A DNA stretch of 61,520 nucleotides from positions 1-61,520 of the forward strand of contig CAZHBB010000006.1 of assembly GCA_964530185.1 (NCBI GenBank), read 5' to 3'. The translations under genes were made by a program, and so were the position numbers. The notes below the pieces were generated by a model that had not been told where the DNA came from, did no database searches, and saw only the letters and a program-made list of their open reading frames with translations. This stretch comes from an uncultured Anaerolineales bacterium (GTDB lineage: Bacteria > Chloroflexota > Anaerolineae > B4-G1 > SLSP01). Below are positions 24,645 through 34,280 of the stretch, one piece after another. Each line of letters starts with the position of its first letter. Positions within the stretch are counted from its first letter, which is position 1.

Positions 24645-27156
24645 TCGCTTTACTAAGAGCGCCCAGGCGGTTGCCCAACGGGCAGTCAACCTGATGACGC
24701 GGTATGGCCATAGCCAGGTTGATGTGGAGCACCTGCTGCTGGCGTTGATCCAGCAGGAGGACAGCCCTGTGCCGGGGCTGTTGTCGGGCCTCGGCGTGGA
24801 TCCTGGTCGGATGGCAGAGACATTGGACGCGATGCTGAGAGGCAACCCCCGTCCGGGCATCTATGGGGCAGGTGGACACCAGCAGGTCTTTATCACGCCG
24901 CGTGTCAAGCGGGTGCTCGATCTCAGTCAGGAGGAAGCCAACGAGCTTGGGGATGAGTATATCTCCATTGAACACCTCCTTTTGGCCATTGCTCGGGAGC
25001 GCAACACGCCGGTTGCCCGACTGTTGGCGGAGCAGAGCCTGACCTATGAACGGGTAAAACGGGCTGTTGTGGAGATGCGGGGGGGGCAACAAAGCGGTTC
25101 TCCACGGGAGGAGACGAAATACCGTACCCTGGCGCGCTATAGTCAGGACCTGACGCAGATGGCGCGCGAGAATAAGCTGGATCCCGTCGTGGGACGTGAG
25201 GCGGAGATCCAGCGGGTGATCCAGATTCTGGTGCGGCGAACCAAGAATAACCCGGTCCTCATCGGGGAGCCAGGTGTGGGGAAGACGGCGATCGTAGAGG
25301 GGCTGGCGCAGAAGATCGCCAACGACGATGTGCCGGAGATCCTCAAGCACAAGCGGCTTCTGCTGCTGGATCTGGGAGCATTGGTGGCGGGGACACGCTT
25401 CCGTGGCGAGTTCGAGGAGCGTCTGAAATCCATCCTCGAGGAGATTCGTAAGTCGGAGGGGGAGAACATCCTGTTCATCGACGAGCTGCATACGGTGGTG
25501 GGAGCCGGGAATGCCCAGGGGGCCCTGGATGCCTCCAATATGATTAAGCCCGCGTTGGCGAGGGGGATATTGCAGTGCATTGGGGCCACGACACTGGATG
25601 AGTATCGGCAGTATATCGAGAAGGACGGCGCCCTTGAACGGCGCTTTGCCCCAGTCTTTGTCTCAGAACCCTCCGTTGAGGACACGATTGAGATGTTGCG
25701 GGGTCTGCGCGACCGTTATGAGGCTCATCACAAGGTCCGCATAAGTGATGATGCTCTGGTCGCTGCCGCCCGGCTTTCGCATCGTTATGTGACAGACCGT
25801 CATCTGCCTGATAAGGCGATCGATCTGATGGACGAGGCTGCGGCCAAGCTCCGCGTGCGTTTGTTCACCCTTCCCCCCGAGCTCAAGGAGATGGAGGCTG
25901 AGATCAATCGACTGCGGGCGGAGGAGGAGGCCGCCGGTAACGTGCGCAACTATGAACGTGCGGCGGAGCTCAAGGCTCGGCGCCTCCGCGCAGAGCAGGA
26001 TTTCGCCCAGCAGCGTGAGGAGTGGCTGGCCCGTCACCAGCTCGATGATGTGGTGGAGGCGGAGGATATCGCTGAAGTGGTCTCTGTCTGGACAGGCATC
26101 CCGGTCTACCAGGTCCTGGAGACCGAGGCCGAGAAGCTGTTGCGGATGGAAGAGGGTCTCCGCAAGCGCATCGTGGGACAGGACGAGGCCATCGGTGTCA
26201 TCGCCGATGCGATCCGTCGGGCCCGTGCTGGTCTCAAGGACCCCCGCCGACCCATCGGTAGCTTTGTTTTCCTGGGCGCATCGGGTGTGGGCAAGACCGA
26301 GACAGCCAAGGCCCTGGCAGAGTACCTCTTTGACGATGAGGATGCCTTGCTACGGGTGGACATGAGTGAATATCGTGAGGCGCACACTGTGTCACGTCTC
26401 TTTGGCGCGCCACCGGGTTATGTGGGCTACGATCAGGGCGGTCAGCTCACGGAGGCAGTCCGGCGCCGACCCTATCAGGTGGTGCTCTTTGATGAGATCG
26501 AGAAAGCCCATCCCGATGTCTGGAATGCCCTGCTGCAGATCCTGGATGAGGGGCAACTGACCGATGGGCAGGGGCGTACGGTCAGTTTCCGCAACACCGT
26601 GGTCATCATGACCTCAAACGTGGGCACGGACTATGCCTACCGGGGGGGGGCTCTGGGGTTTGCGCGAGGCAAAGACGAGGAGGATGAGCAGCGCCGGCGC
26701 CGCACACTGGATGCGCTCAAGGAGACCTTCCGCCCGGAGTTCATCAATCGTGTGGACGAGATTATTGTCTTCAATAATCTGACCCTTGAGGACGTGGAGG
26801 AGATCGTAGACCTGCAGATGCAGGAGGTGCGAGAGCAACTACAGGCACATGGTCTCCAGGTGACCCTGACGCCCGAGGCGCGTCGCTGGCTGGCGGAGCA
26901 GGGATTTGATCCCCAGTTTGGTGCGCGGCCCCTTCGTCGCGTGATCCAGCGCTATGTGGAGAGCCCGCTCAGTGTGGAGCTGCTCCAGGGACGTTTTGCA
27001 GAGGGGGGAGACATCGAGGTGGCACTGGAAGATGATGGTGGTACGCTGACTTTCCATTATGAGCCTGTTGCTGAGGTGTCATCCGCCGAGGTGCCGGATG
27101 CTGCGAAGGCCAAGCAGGAGGCGCGTAACAGTTCACCCGCGGGGCAAGGGAGTTGA
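24631..27156 (+). CDS. clpC: AAA+ chaperone ATPase ClpC (Clp protease ATP-binding subunit)
   Basis: Clp_N repeats, D1 Walker A 'GEPGVGKT', a short UVR-like M-domain '[34 protein letters not shown]' and D2 'GASGVGKT'. A ClpP-docking-type loop, 'GGALGFARG', is present. At 841 aa with a short M-domain, it favours ClpC over ClpB. Confidence 0.85.
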   Translation: MMRFDRFTKSAQAVAQRAVNLMTRYGHSQVDVEHLLLALIQQEDSPVPGLLSGLGVDPGRMAETLDAMLRGNPRPGIYGAGGHQQVFITPRVKRVLDLSQEEANELGDEYISIEHLLLAIARERNTPVARLLAEQSLTYERVKRAVVEMRGGQQSGSPREETKYRTLARYSQDLTQMARENKLDPVVGREAEIQRVIQILVRRTKNNPVLIGEPGVGKTAIVEGLAQKIANDDVPEILKHKRLLLLDLGALVAGTRFRGEFEERLKSILEEIRKSEGENILFIDELHTVVGAGNAQGALDASNMIKPALARGILQCIGATTLDEYRQYIEKDGALERRFAPVFVSEPSVEDTIEMLRGLRDRYEAHHKVRISDDALVAAARLSHRYVTDRHLPDKAIDLMDEAAAKLRVRLFTLPPELKEMEAEINRLRAEEEAAGNVRNYERAAELKARRLRAEQDFAQQREEWLARHQLDDVVEAEDIAEVVSVWTGIPVYQVLETEAEKLLRMEEGLRKRIVGQDEAIGVIADAIRRARAGLKDPRRPIGSFVFLGASGVGKTETAKALAEYLFDDEDALLRVDMSEYREAHTVSRLFGAPPGYVGYDQGGQLTEAVRRRPYQVVLFDEIEKAHPDVWNALLQILDEGQLTDGQGRTVSFRNTVVIMTSNVGTDYAYRGGALGFARGKDEEDEQRRRRTLDALKETFRPEFINRVDEIIVFNNLTLEDVEEIVDLQMQEVREQLQAHGLQVTLTPEARRWLAEQGFDPQFGARPLRRVIQRYVESPLSVELLQGRFAEGGDIEVALEDDGGTLTFHYEPVAEVSSAEVPDAAKAKQEARNSSPAGQGS

Positions 27157-27439
27157 TGACATCTCTCGATGACGCCTGGTCATATGCCGCCTTTGATGAG
27201 GATTCCCCAATTCCCGCCATGGAAGATTGTGAACGCTGGCTCCGCTCCTTGTGGTCTTTGTAAAATGTAGTAATGTTGTTATGAATTGGTGGGGCTAAGG
27301 TACCATCGTTCAGAGAACGGAAAGGACGTGAGGGGGGAAATGACGTAGATGCATGAGAGGTGAAGGGTATCTGACTTCTCTCTGCATGATGCAGTATCTG
27401 ATTCCATTGAGTATCCTATCTAACCAAGGAGGTTGTCGT

Positions 27440-28495
27440 ATGCGTAAGCGTTTCTCGATGCTGTTAGTAGCGGTGTTGTTGCTGAGCCTTGGCCTGACCG
27501 CCTGTGGCGGAGGGGCTAAGGCTGATTTCAAGGTGGGGATGGTGACCGACCTGGGGGGCATTGATGACAAGTCCTTCAATGCCACGTCATGGAAGGGTGT
27601 AGAGCGAGCCATCAAGGAACTGGGGATCCAGGGCGATTATCTTGAGTCCCAGCAGCAGACCGACTATGCCCCCAACATCACACAGTTCATCAACCAGGGC
27701 TACGATCTAATCATCACGGTGGGTTTCCTGCTGGCAGATGACACGGCGAACTTCGCCAAGGAGAACCCCGACGTCAGCTTTGCGATCGTGGACTTCGCCT
27801 ATGATCCACCGATCGATAACGTGCGTGGTTTGACCTTCGCCACTGACCAGGCCGCCTTTATGGCAGGCTATGTGGCGGCTGCGGCTACCAAGACCGGCAA
27901 GGTGGCGACCTTCGGCGGCATCAACATTCCTCCCGTGACCATCTTTATGGTGGGTTTCGAGAGCGGTGTTGAATACTACAATCAGCAGCATGGCACCAAT
28001 GTCCAGGTGTTGGGCTGGAGCACCGCCGAGAACAACGGCGTCTTTGTGGGAAATTTCGAATCCACCGATGATGGTCGGCGCGTCGCTGAGGAGTTTCTCT
28101 CCGAGGGTGCGGATGTGATCATGCCGGTCGCGGGTCCAGTTGGGCTGGGGACCGCGCAGGCGGTGCAGGAGGCTGGCAACGCCTGGGTGATCGGTGTGGA
28201 TACAGACTGGACAGTCAGCGCGCCGGAGTACAAGGACGTTATCCTGACCAGTGTCATGAAAAACATGGACGTGGCCGTCTTCGATACCATCAAGCTGGCC
28301 ATGTCGCCTGACTTCCAGGGCTTCGGTGGGGAGACCTACCTGGGCACACTCTCCAACGATGGTGTCGGCCTGGCCGATGTGGCCGGTGGGGCAGTGTCGA
28401 AGGATGTGCTGGATGACCTGGATACGATCCGTCAGAGCATTATCGATGGCACGATTGACACCGGTTGGGCGGCGTACCTGGCCAGCTTGAACTAG
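27440..28495 (+). CDS. BMP-family (PnrA/Med-like) nucleoside ABC transporter substrate-binding lipoprotein
   Basis: The ATG at 27440 follows AAGGAGG. The lipobox is 'LGLTACGGG'. 'KVGMVTDLGGIDDKSFN...' is the typical BMP N-terminus. Confidence 0.85.
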   Translation: MRKRFSMLLVAVLLLSLGLTACGGGAKADFKVGMVTDLGGIDDKSFNATSWKGVERAIKELGIQGDYLESQQQTDYAPNITQFINQGYDLIITVGFLLADDTANFAKENPDVSFAIVDFAYDPPIDNVRGLTFATDQAAFMAGYVAAAATKTGKVATFGGINIPPVTIFMVGFESGVEYYNQQHGTNVQVLGWSTAENNGVFVGNFESTDDGRRVAEEFLSEGADVIMPVAGPVGLGTAQAVQEAGNAWVIGVDTDWTVSAPEYKDVILTSVMKNMDVAVFDTIKLAMSPDFQGFGGETYLGTLSNDGVGLADVAGGAVSKDVLDDLDTIRQSIIDGTIDTGWAAYLASLN

Positions 28496-28508
28496 CGATG
28501 TACGCAGG

Positions 28509-28543
28509 GACGGCGGGGGTATCTCAGGATACCTTCCGCCGTC
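28509..28543 (+). promoter_or_regulatory. Intercistronic stem-loop after the SBP gene
   Basis: GACGGCGG-g-GGTATC-tcag-GATACC-tt-CCGCCGTC followed by 'tgtttcatctt'. A second 10-bp hairpin, GAGGCGTAGA...TCTACGCCTC, is at 28574-28614. Confidence 0.4.
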
Positions 28544-28653
28544 TGTTTCATCTTCCATGTTTCGGTAGGAGGTGAGGCGTAGAAAGCAAGCGCTTTGTTT
28601 GCCCTCTACGCCTCGTTTCCTAAGGTGCATTTTCTGGAACCCAAGGAGGTCAT

Positions 28654-30249
28654 ATGGCCCCGGTTCTGCAGCTTAAGGGGATCACCAAGAGGTTTCCCGG
28701 TGTGTTGGCGAACGATCACATCGATCTGACCCTGGAGGAAGGGGAGGTCTTGGGCCTGCTGGGGGAGAATGGCGCCGGTAAAAGCACGCTCATGAACATC
28801 CTCTATGGCCTCTATACCCCCGATGAGGGCGAGATCTATGTGCGCGGGCAGAGAGCGGATATCCGAGATCCAAACGATGCCATCGCCCTGGGTGTGGGCA
28901 TGGTCCATCAGCACTTCATGCTGATCCCTGTGCTTACTGTGGCCGAGAACGTGATGTTGGGGATGGAGTCCCTCCGCTACGGCGTTCTGCTCGACCACGC
29001 CAGTGCAGCCCAGAGGATTACAGAGATCTCCGATCGCTATGGGCTGCAGGTGGATCCCTATGCCGTGGTTGAGGACCTGCCGGTGGGCATTCAGCAGCGT
29101 GTGGAGATCATCAAATTGCTCTATCGCAACGCTGATATCCTGATCCTCGATGAGCCGACGGCTGTTCTCACACCCCAGGAGGTTGAGGGTCTGTTTGAGG
29201 TAATACGTTCTCTGGTGGCCCAGGGGAAGTCTGTGATCTTCATCTCTCACAAGCTGCGGGAGGTGCTGGAGATCTCCGACCGCATCCAGGTGCTTCGCGG
29301 GGGGCGCGTCGTCGGCTCGACGACGCCCGAGGAGAGCACAGAGCGCGACCTGGCGGCGATGATGGTGGGTCGTGAGGTTATTCTCACGGTCCCAAAGGAG
29401 CCACGGGAGCCGGACGAGGTTGTCCTGCATGTGGAGGATCTGTACGTGCGGGGGGAACACTCTAAGATGGCAGTCGATGGGATCTCGTTCGATGTGCGAG
29501 GCGGCGAGATCGTGGGCGTCGCCGGGGTCCAGGGTAATGGACAGACCGAGCTGGTCGAGGCCCTGACAGGGCTGCGTCCTGTGGAGGCGGGCCGGATTGA
29601 GATCGGCGGCCATGATGTGACTCATGCAACCCCCAGGATCATCACCGAGGTGGGGACGGCCCACATCCCGGAGGATCGGCAGAGCGATGGCCTGGTCCTC
29701 AGCTATCCCATCACCCATAACCTCATCCTCAACACTTATTACCTTCCCCCTGTGGCGCGAGGTATGGTGATGCAGGAAGATGTGATCCGCGAACGCGCCG
29801 AGCGGCTGGTGGCCGAGTACGATGTGCGGACGCCCGATGTGTTCACGCCTGTCGGCAACCTCTCGGGGGGCAACCAGCAGAAGGTCATCGTGGCGCGGGA
29901 GCTGAGTCGAGATGTGCAGCTCACCGTTGCCGCGCAGCCGACACGGGGGTTAGATGTTGGCTCGATCGAATACATCCATGCTCAGCTTGTGCGTAAGCGC
30001 GATGAGGGCGCAGCCGTCTTCGTGGTCTCGGCGGAGCTTGATGAGGTGATGTCGCTGGCGGATCGGATCATCGTGATGTACGAGGGCAAGATCATGGGGA
30101 TTGTGCCGGCGGCGGAGGCGACGAAGGAGGAGCTGGGCCTGATGATGGCTGGCGTCCCGGCGGCCGAGTTGGGAGGTGCCGCTGCGTCGTCCCGTGTTTC
30201 GGCAGAGGCATCGGGCGGAGCCGCTGAGCCGCTGCATAAGGCGCATTGA
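28654..30249 (+). CDS. Nucleoside/sugar ABC transporter ATP-binding protein (tandem ATPase domains)
   Basis: There are two ABC cassettes. The first has Walker A 'GENGAGKST'. The second has signature 'LSGGNQQK' and Walker B 'VFVVSAELDE'. GGAGG RBS. Confidence 0.9.
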   Translation: MAPVLQLKGITKRFPGVLANDHIDLTLEEGEVLGLLGENGAGKSTLMNILYGLYTPDEGEIYVRGQRADIRDPNDAIALGVGMVHQHFMLIPVLTVAENVMLGMESLRYGVLLDHASAAQRITEISDRYGLQVDPYAVVEDLPVGIQQRVEIIKLLYRNADILILDEPTAVLTPQEVEGLFEVIRSLVAQGKSVIFISHKLREVLEISDRIQVLRGGRVVGSTTPEESTERDLAAMMVGREVILTVPKEPREPDEVVLHVEDLYVRGEHSKMAVDGISFDVRGGEIVGVAGVQGNGQTELVEALTGLRPVEAGRIEIGGHDVTHATPRIITEVGTAHIPEDRQSDGLVLSYPITHNLILNTYYLPPVARGMVMQEDVIRERAERLVAEYDVRTPDVFTPVGNLSGGNQQKVIVARELSRDVQLTVAAQPTRGLDVGSIEYIHAQLVRKRDEGAAVFVVSAELDEVMSLADRIIVMYEGKIMGIVPAAEATKEELGLMMAGVPAAELGGAAASSRVSAEASGGAAEPLHKAH

Positions 30250-30260
30250 GGGAGTTGTCC

Positions 30261-31529
30261 ATGGACAAGAACGCTGCGTTGGAGGCCGCTGTTGAGAAAC
30301 GTCCGGCACGACAGAGACGCAACCGTGCCTGGAACTGGCGCGGGTTGCTGTTGCCGTTGCTGGCCATTGTCACGGCGTTGATCATCGGCGCCCTGGTCAT
30401 CGTCTTTACCGACGAAAGTGTCTACGCTGCCTTCCGAGAGGGCGTCGGGAGGGGCTTCGTGCAGGCGTTTGCGGTGATCGGACGCGCCTATGGTGCTTTC
30501 TTCACAGGCGCCTTCGGCAACCCGGTCCAGATCGTCAGTGCTCTGGCGAGTGGGAACCCGGCCAAGATCACACGCGCGGTCTATCCGATCACGGAGACAC
30601 TGCGCATTGCCACCCCCTATATCTTCGCCGGTCTGGCCGTGGCTTTGGGTTTTCAGGGAGGGCTGTTCAACATTGGGGCGGAGGGACAGTACTTTATCGC
30701 TGGTCTGTTGACCGTCTTCGTGGGGTATAGCATCACCGGCCTGCCGCAGGTGATCCATCTGCCTTTGGCCCTGCTGGCCGGCATGGCGGGCGGTGCGCTG
30801 TGGGCTGCGATCCCTGGCTACCTCAAGGGCAAGACCGGTGCCCATGAGGTGATCAACACCATCATGATGAACTATATCGCCTTTCGTCTGGCGGAGTTCC
30901 TGCTGGACGTGGGTGGGCCTATGGCGCGCGGGGACGGTCGCCCAGTCAGCCCGGAGATTCAGCCGACGGCCTATCTGCCGCAGTTTTTCCCCAACAGCGT
31001 GGCGCTGCGCCTCCATGTGGGGTTCCTGCTGGCGCTTGTGGTTGCGTGGATAGTGTGGTGGCTGCTGTATAAGACTACTCTGGGATACGAGATCCGTACG
31101 GTGGGGCAGAACCCCCATGCGGCGCGCTACGCCGGCATTGATGTCCCCCGCACGATCCTGGTGACGATGGCGTTGAGTGGGACATTGGCCGGCCTATCGG
31201 GCGCCACGGACATCCTGGGCGTCCTTCATTTCATGCCCAACGCGTTCTACTCCGGCTATGGTTTCGACGCTATTGCGTTGGCCCTGCTGGGCAAGAGTCA
31301 CCCAGGGGGCGTGGTGTTGGCGTCCCTCCTCTTCGGCGCCCTGCGATCTGGCGCTCGTAACATGCAGGGTATGGCCCAGGTGCCCATCGACATCACTTCG
31401 ATCATCCAGGGGCTGATCATCGTCTTCATCGCAGCACCGGAGATCATCCGGATGATCTATCGCCTGCGGCAGCCTGTGGAGGGTGAGGGCGCAGCCATTA
31501 GTCTGACCCGGGGCTGGGGGGAACGCTAG
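30261..31529 (+). CDS. ABC transporter permease (BPD_transp_2, nucleoside type)
   Basis: Polytopic protein. The ATG at 30261 follows GAGGGAG and is preferred over the TTG at 30246. It sits in the operon between the ATPase and the second permease. Confidence 0.85.
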   Translation: MDKNAALEAAVEKRPARQRRNRAWNWRGLLLPLLAIVTALIIGALVIVFTDESVYAAFREGVGRGFVQAFAVIGRAYGAFFTGAFGNPVQIVSALASGNPAKITRAVYPITETLRIATPYIFAGLAVALGFQGGLFNIGAEGQYFIAGLLTVFVGYSITGLPQVIHLPLALLAGMAGGALWAAIPGYLKGKTGAHEVINTIMMNYIAFRLAEFLLDVGGPMARGDGRPVSPEIQPTAYLPQFFPNSVALRLHVGFLLALVVAWIVWWLLYKTTLGYEIRTVGQNPHAARYAGIDVPRTILVTMALSGTLAGLSGATDILGVLHFMPNAFYSGYGFDAIALALLGKSHPGGVVLASLLFGALRSGARNMQGMAQVPIDITSIIQGLIIVFIAAPEIIRMIYRLRQPVEGEGAAISLTRGWGER

Positions 31530-31592
31530 GGATGGATGTGGGTATGGGCGGTGCAGTGTTCTCTTGCTTGTTGAATTGCTGAGTCAGGGGGA

Positions 31593-32852
31593 ATGACTAT
31601 GTCCGATCTGCTGGTTACCACCAGTGAGCGACGTCGTGCGCGAACCATGGGGATCGCGTTCCTTGTCTTCGCGGTGGCAATTGCGGGCCTTTTCGGTGGA
31701 GGGATTCAACCAGGACAACAGACCACCTTCGTCTTTCAGACCAGCCGGGACGAAGTTGTCGCGGTTGGAGACCTCGCGGTCGCGACGCGGCCTGCGGTGT
31801 ACCTGACGGCGCTGGTAACCGCGTTCCTGGGTGCCTGGCAGTTGGCGCGGGGGTTCACGCGGGTGGATGAGGTGTTGGGGATCGTGGCCGGGCTCTTCGT
31901 GGTGGCTTTCCTGACCTGGGCCGCGCGTGGGCAGTCCATGAACGTGACCGGGTTGCTGAAGTCCTCGCTATTGCGGGCCGTGCCCATCACGCTGGCAGCG
32001 CTGAGCGGTGTGTTGTGCGAGCGCAGCGGTGTGGTCAACATCGGCATCGAGGGCATGATGTTGATGGGGGCGTTCCTGGCAGCGCTCATTGGCAGCATCA
32101 GCCAGAATGTGTGGGTGGGGCTGATGGGGGCTATGGCAGGGGGCATTGTGATGGCGGCCCTGTTGGCCGTGTTGGCGATCCGTTACAAAGTGGATCAGAT
32201 CGTAGCGGGCACCGCGATCAATATCCTGGCGACTGGCCTGACAAGCTATTTAAGCTCCCGCTATCTGCAGCGGAATGGGGCACTTAACAGTCCGCCGACC
32301 TTCAGACCGTTGGCTCTCCCGGGGCTGTCGAAAATCCCGATTGTGGGGCCGGCGCTGTTCAATCATACATTCCCTGTCTACCTGACGCTGCTGCTGGTGA
32401 TCGGTATCCAATTCATGCTTTTCTACACGCGGTGGGGGCTGCGGAGCCGGGCGGTCGGTGAGCATCCGCGGGCTGCCGATACCCTGGGCATCAATGTCTT
32501 CCTGACGCGTTATGTCAATGTGCTCTTGGGGGGGATGGTCGCCGGTTTAGGCGGTGCCTATCTGGTGTTGAGCTCTGTGGCCCGTTTCGATGAGCTGATG
32601 ACGGCAGGTAAGGGCTTCATCGGCCTGGCGGCAATGATCTTTGGCAAGTGGGTGCCAGCCGGAGCCCTGGGCTCCTCACTGATCTTCGGGTTTGCCGATT
32701 CGCTGCAGACCAAGCTGGCCATCCTGGCTGTGCCTATCCCATCTCAATTCCTTCTGATGGCGCCCTATCTGGTGACCATGATCGTGCTGGCTGGGGTGGT
32801 GGGGCAGGCACGGGCCCCCGCCGCAGACGGCATCCCTTACGAAAAAGAGTAG
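31593..32852 (+). CDS. ABC transporter permease (BPD_transp_2, nucleoside type)
   Basis: Polytopic protein with 'CERSGVVNIGIEGMMLMGAF', typical of RbsC/NupQ-like permeases. The start is the ATG at 31593 or 31599. Confidence 0.85.
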   Translation: MTMSDLLVTTSERRRARTMGIAFLVFAVAIAGLFGGGIQPGQQTTFVFQTSRDEVVAVGDLAVATRPAVYLTALVTAFLGAWQLARGFTRVDEVLGIVAGLFVVAFLTWAARGQSMNVTGLLKSSLLRAVPITLAALSGVLCERSGVVNIGIEGMMLMGAFLAALIGSISQNVWVGLMGAMAGGIVMAALLAVLAIRYKVDQIVAGTAINILATGLTSYLSSRYLQRNGALNSPPTFRPLALPGLSKIPIVGPALFNHTFPVYLTLLLVIGIQFMLFYTRWGLRSRAVGEHPRAADTLGINVFLTRYVNVLLGGMVAGLGGAYLVLSSVARFDELMTAGKGFIGLAAMIFGKWVPAGALGSSLIFGFADSLQTKLAILAVPIPSQFLLMAPYLVTMIVLAGVVGQARAPAADGIPYEKE

Positions 32853-32856
32853 GGGT

Positions 32857-34266
32857 GTGGCTGCCCAGGAGTCTGTCCTTTGCCTTTCAAGCCGGTGGCC
32901 TTCGTTGTTCGTCGCCCGTATGCGTGCCTGGCTGGGTGACGAGGCAGCCCCCTTTTTCCAGGCATTGGGTGCCCCGGAGACCGGTCTGCGTCTGAATCCC
33001 AGGCGCGGTGCCCTCATTGAACTTCGAGAGCGACTTCCCTGGTCAGTGACCGAGGTTCCATGGTGCCCAGAGGGCGTCTGGCTGCAGGACGAGGGTGCCT
33101 CACCGGGTACGCATCCGTATCACACGGCGGGTGTCTTCTATGTCCAGGACCCCAGCGCCATGGCGGCGGCTGTGCTGTTGGATCCGCGGCCAGGGGAGTG
33201 GATCCTCGATTTGGCTGCTGCCCCCGGCGGCAAGAGTACTCACATTGCGGCCAGGATGGGGGATGAGGGGGTGCTGGTGGCGAACGATCCCTCGCGTCGT
33301 CGCGCCCCACTGCTGGCGATGAACCTGGAGCGAATGGGCGTGACGCAGGCTCTCGTGACCCATGCCTCGCCCGCGCAGTTGGCCGAGCAATGGCCGGCGC
33401 TCTTTGATGCGGTGTTGGTGGATGCACCTTGTTCTGGAGAGGGGACGTTCGCTAAGGATCCGCGGGCGGTCAAAGCGTGGAGTCTCAGGACGTTGGCGCG
33501 CTATGCAGCTCGACAGCGCGAGATTCTCTTCAATGCCGCGCGGCTTGTCCGACCGGGTGGGCGGATCCTATACTGTACATGCACGTTCTCCCCCGAGGAG
33601 GATGAGGGGGTCATCGCGGCTTTTCTCGAGCACACGCCAGGCTTCCGCCTGGCCGAGCTGCCCGCGTTGCCGGGGATGAGCCCTGGGCGGCCTGAGTGGA
33701 TCGACGGACCCTCAATCCTGCAGAGGGCGGGGCGTTTCTGGCCACATAGAGGGCCAGGGCACGGTCACTTCTATGCCCTGCTCGAGCGTGAGGGCGAGCC
33801 GGATGAGGATCTACCAGGGCGTTGGACAGGGCAGGCCGTGCCTGGTCGCGTCCTCCGCCTCTACCGTGAGACGTTGGGGGAGGTGCTGATGACCCCTCCG
33901 CCGGAGCGGGGGCTCATCCTGACAGCCGACGACAATCTCTTTGTCACGCCCATGGATCCCGCACTTTGGCGGGGGGTGTCGGTGCTCAGGCCGGGATGGT
34001 GGGTAGCGACACAGCGCCATGGGAAGATCTTCCCGGACCATGCGCTGGCGATGGCCCTTGGGCCACAGGATGTCCGCGGGGTGTTGCGGCTGGAGGTAGA
34101 GGATCCGAGGCTGCGTACCTATCTGCAGGGCAGTTCATGGGTGGATGAGGGGCCAGAGGGGTTTCTGCTGATCACGGTCGAGGATTTTCCCCTGGGCTGG
34201 GCCAAGCGGGTCAGCGGCAGGGTGCGGAGTCGCTATCCTGTCCATCTACGGCGGGCGCGGCTGTAG
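32857..34266 (+). CDS. RsmB/RsmF (NOL1/NOP2/Sun) family RNA m5C methyltransferase
   Basis: 'VLDLAAAPGGKSTHIA' is the SAM motif I. The catalytic Cys motifs are 'DAVLVDAPCSGEGTF' and 'ILYCTCTFSPEEDEGV'. A C-terminal PUA-like extension resembles RsmF. GTG start. Confidence 0.85.
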   Translation: MAAQESVLCLSSRWPSLFVARMRAWLGDEAAPFFQALGAPETGLRLNPRRGALIELRERLPWSVTEVPWCPEGVWLQDEGASPGTHPYHTAGVFYVQDPSAMAAAVLLDPRPGEWILDLAAAPGGKSTHIAARMGDEGVLVANDPSRRRAPLLAMNLERMGVTQALVTHASPAQLAEQWPALFDAVLVDAPCSGEGTFAKDPRAVKAWSLRTLARYAARQREILFNAARLVRPGGRILYCTCTFSPEEDEGVIAAFLEHTPGFRLAELPALPGMSPGRPEWIDGPSILQRAGRFWPHRGPGHGHFYALLEREGEPDEDLPGRWTGQAVPGRVLRLYRETLGEVLMTPPPERGLILTADDNLFVTPMDPALWRGVSVLRPGWWVATQRHGKIFPDHALAMALGPQDVRGVLRLEVEDPRLRTYLQGSSWVDEGPEGFLLITVEDFPLGWAKRVSGRVRSRYPVHLRRARL

Positions 34267-34280
34267 CGGGTAGAGGGGGA

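Noticed and set aside
24586-25491. 301-aa minus-strand ORF, together with similar long antisense ORFs: 27707-28630, 28606-29718, 29982-31118, 45557-46327, 42291-43052, 9360-10163 and 7964-8707 on the minus strand; 59550-60440 and 11798-12502 on the plus strand.
   Set aside because: Each lies entirely opposite a gene with strong family motifs (clpC, BMP SBP, ABC ATPase, permease, SDR, GT28/xerC, GNAT, XPB, cysS-like). Their translations are Arg/Pro/Gly/His- or Ser-rich, with no recognisable motifs. This is typical of shadow ORFs in GC-rich DNA.
24631-27156. Considered calling this gene ClpB rather than ClpC.
   Set aside because: The middle domain is short and UVR-like, not the long ClpB coiled coil. 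A ClpP-docking-type 'LGF' loop is present in D2, and the length (841 aa) fits ClpC. The assignment is still from motifs only.
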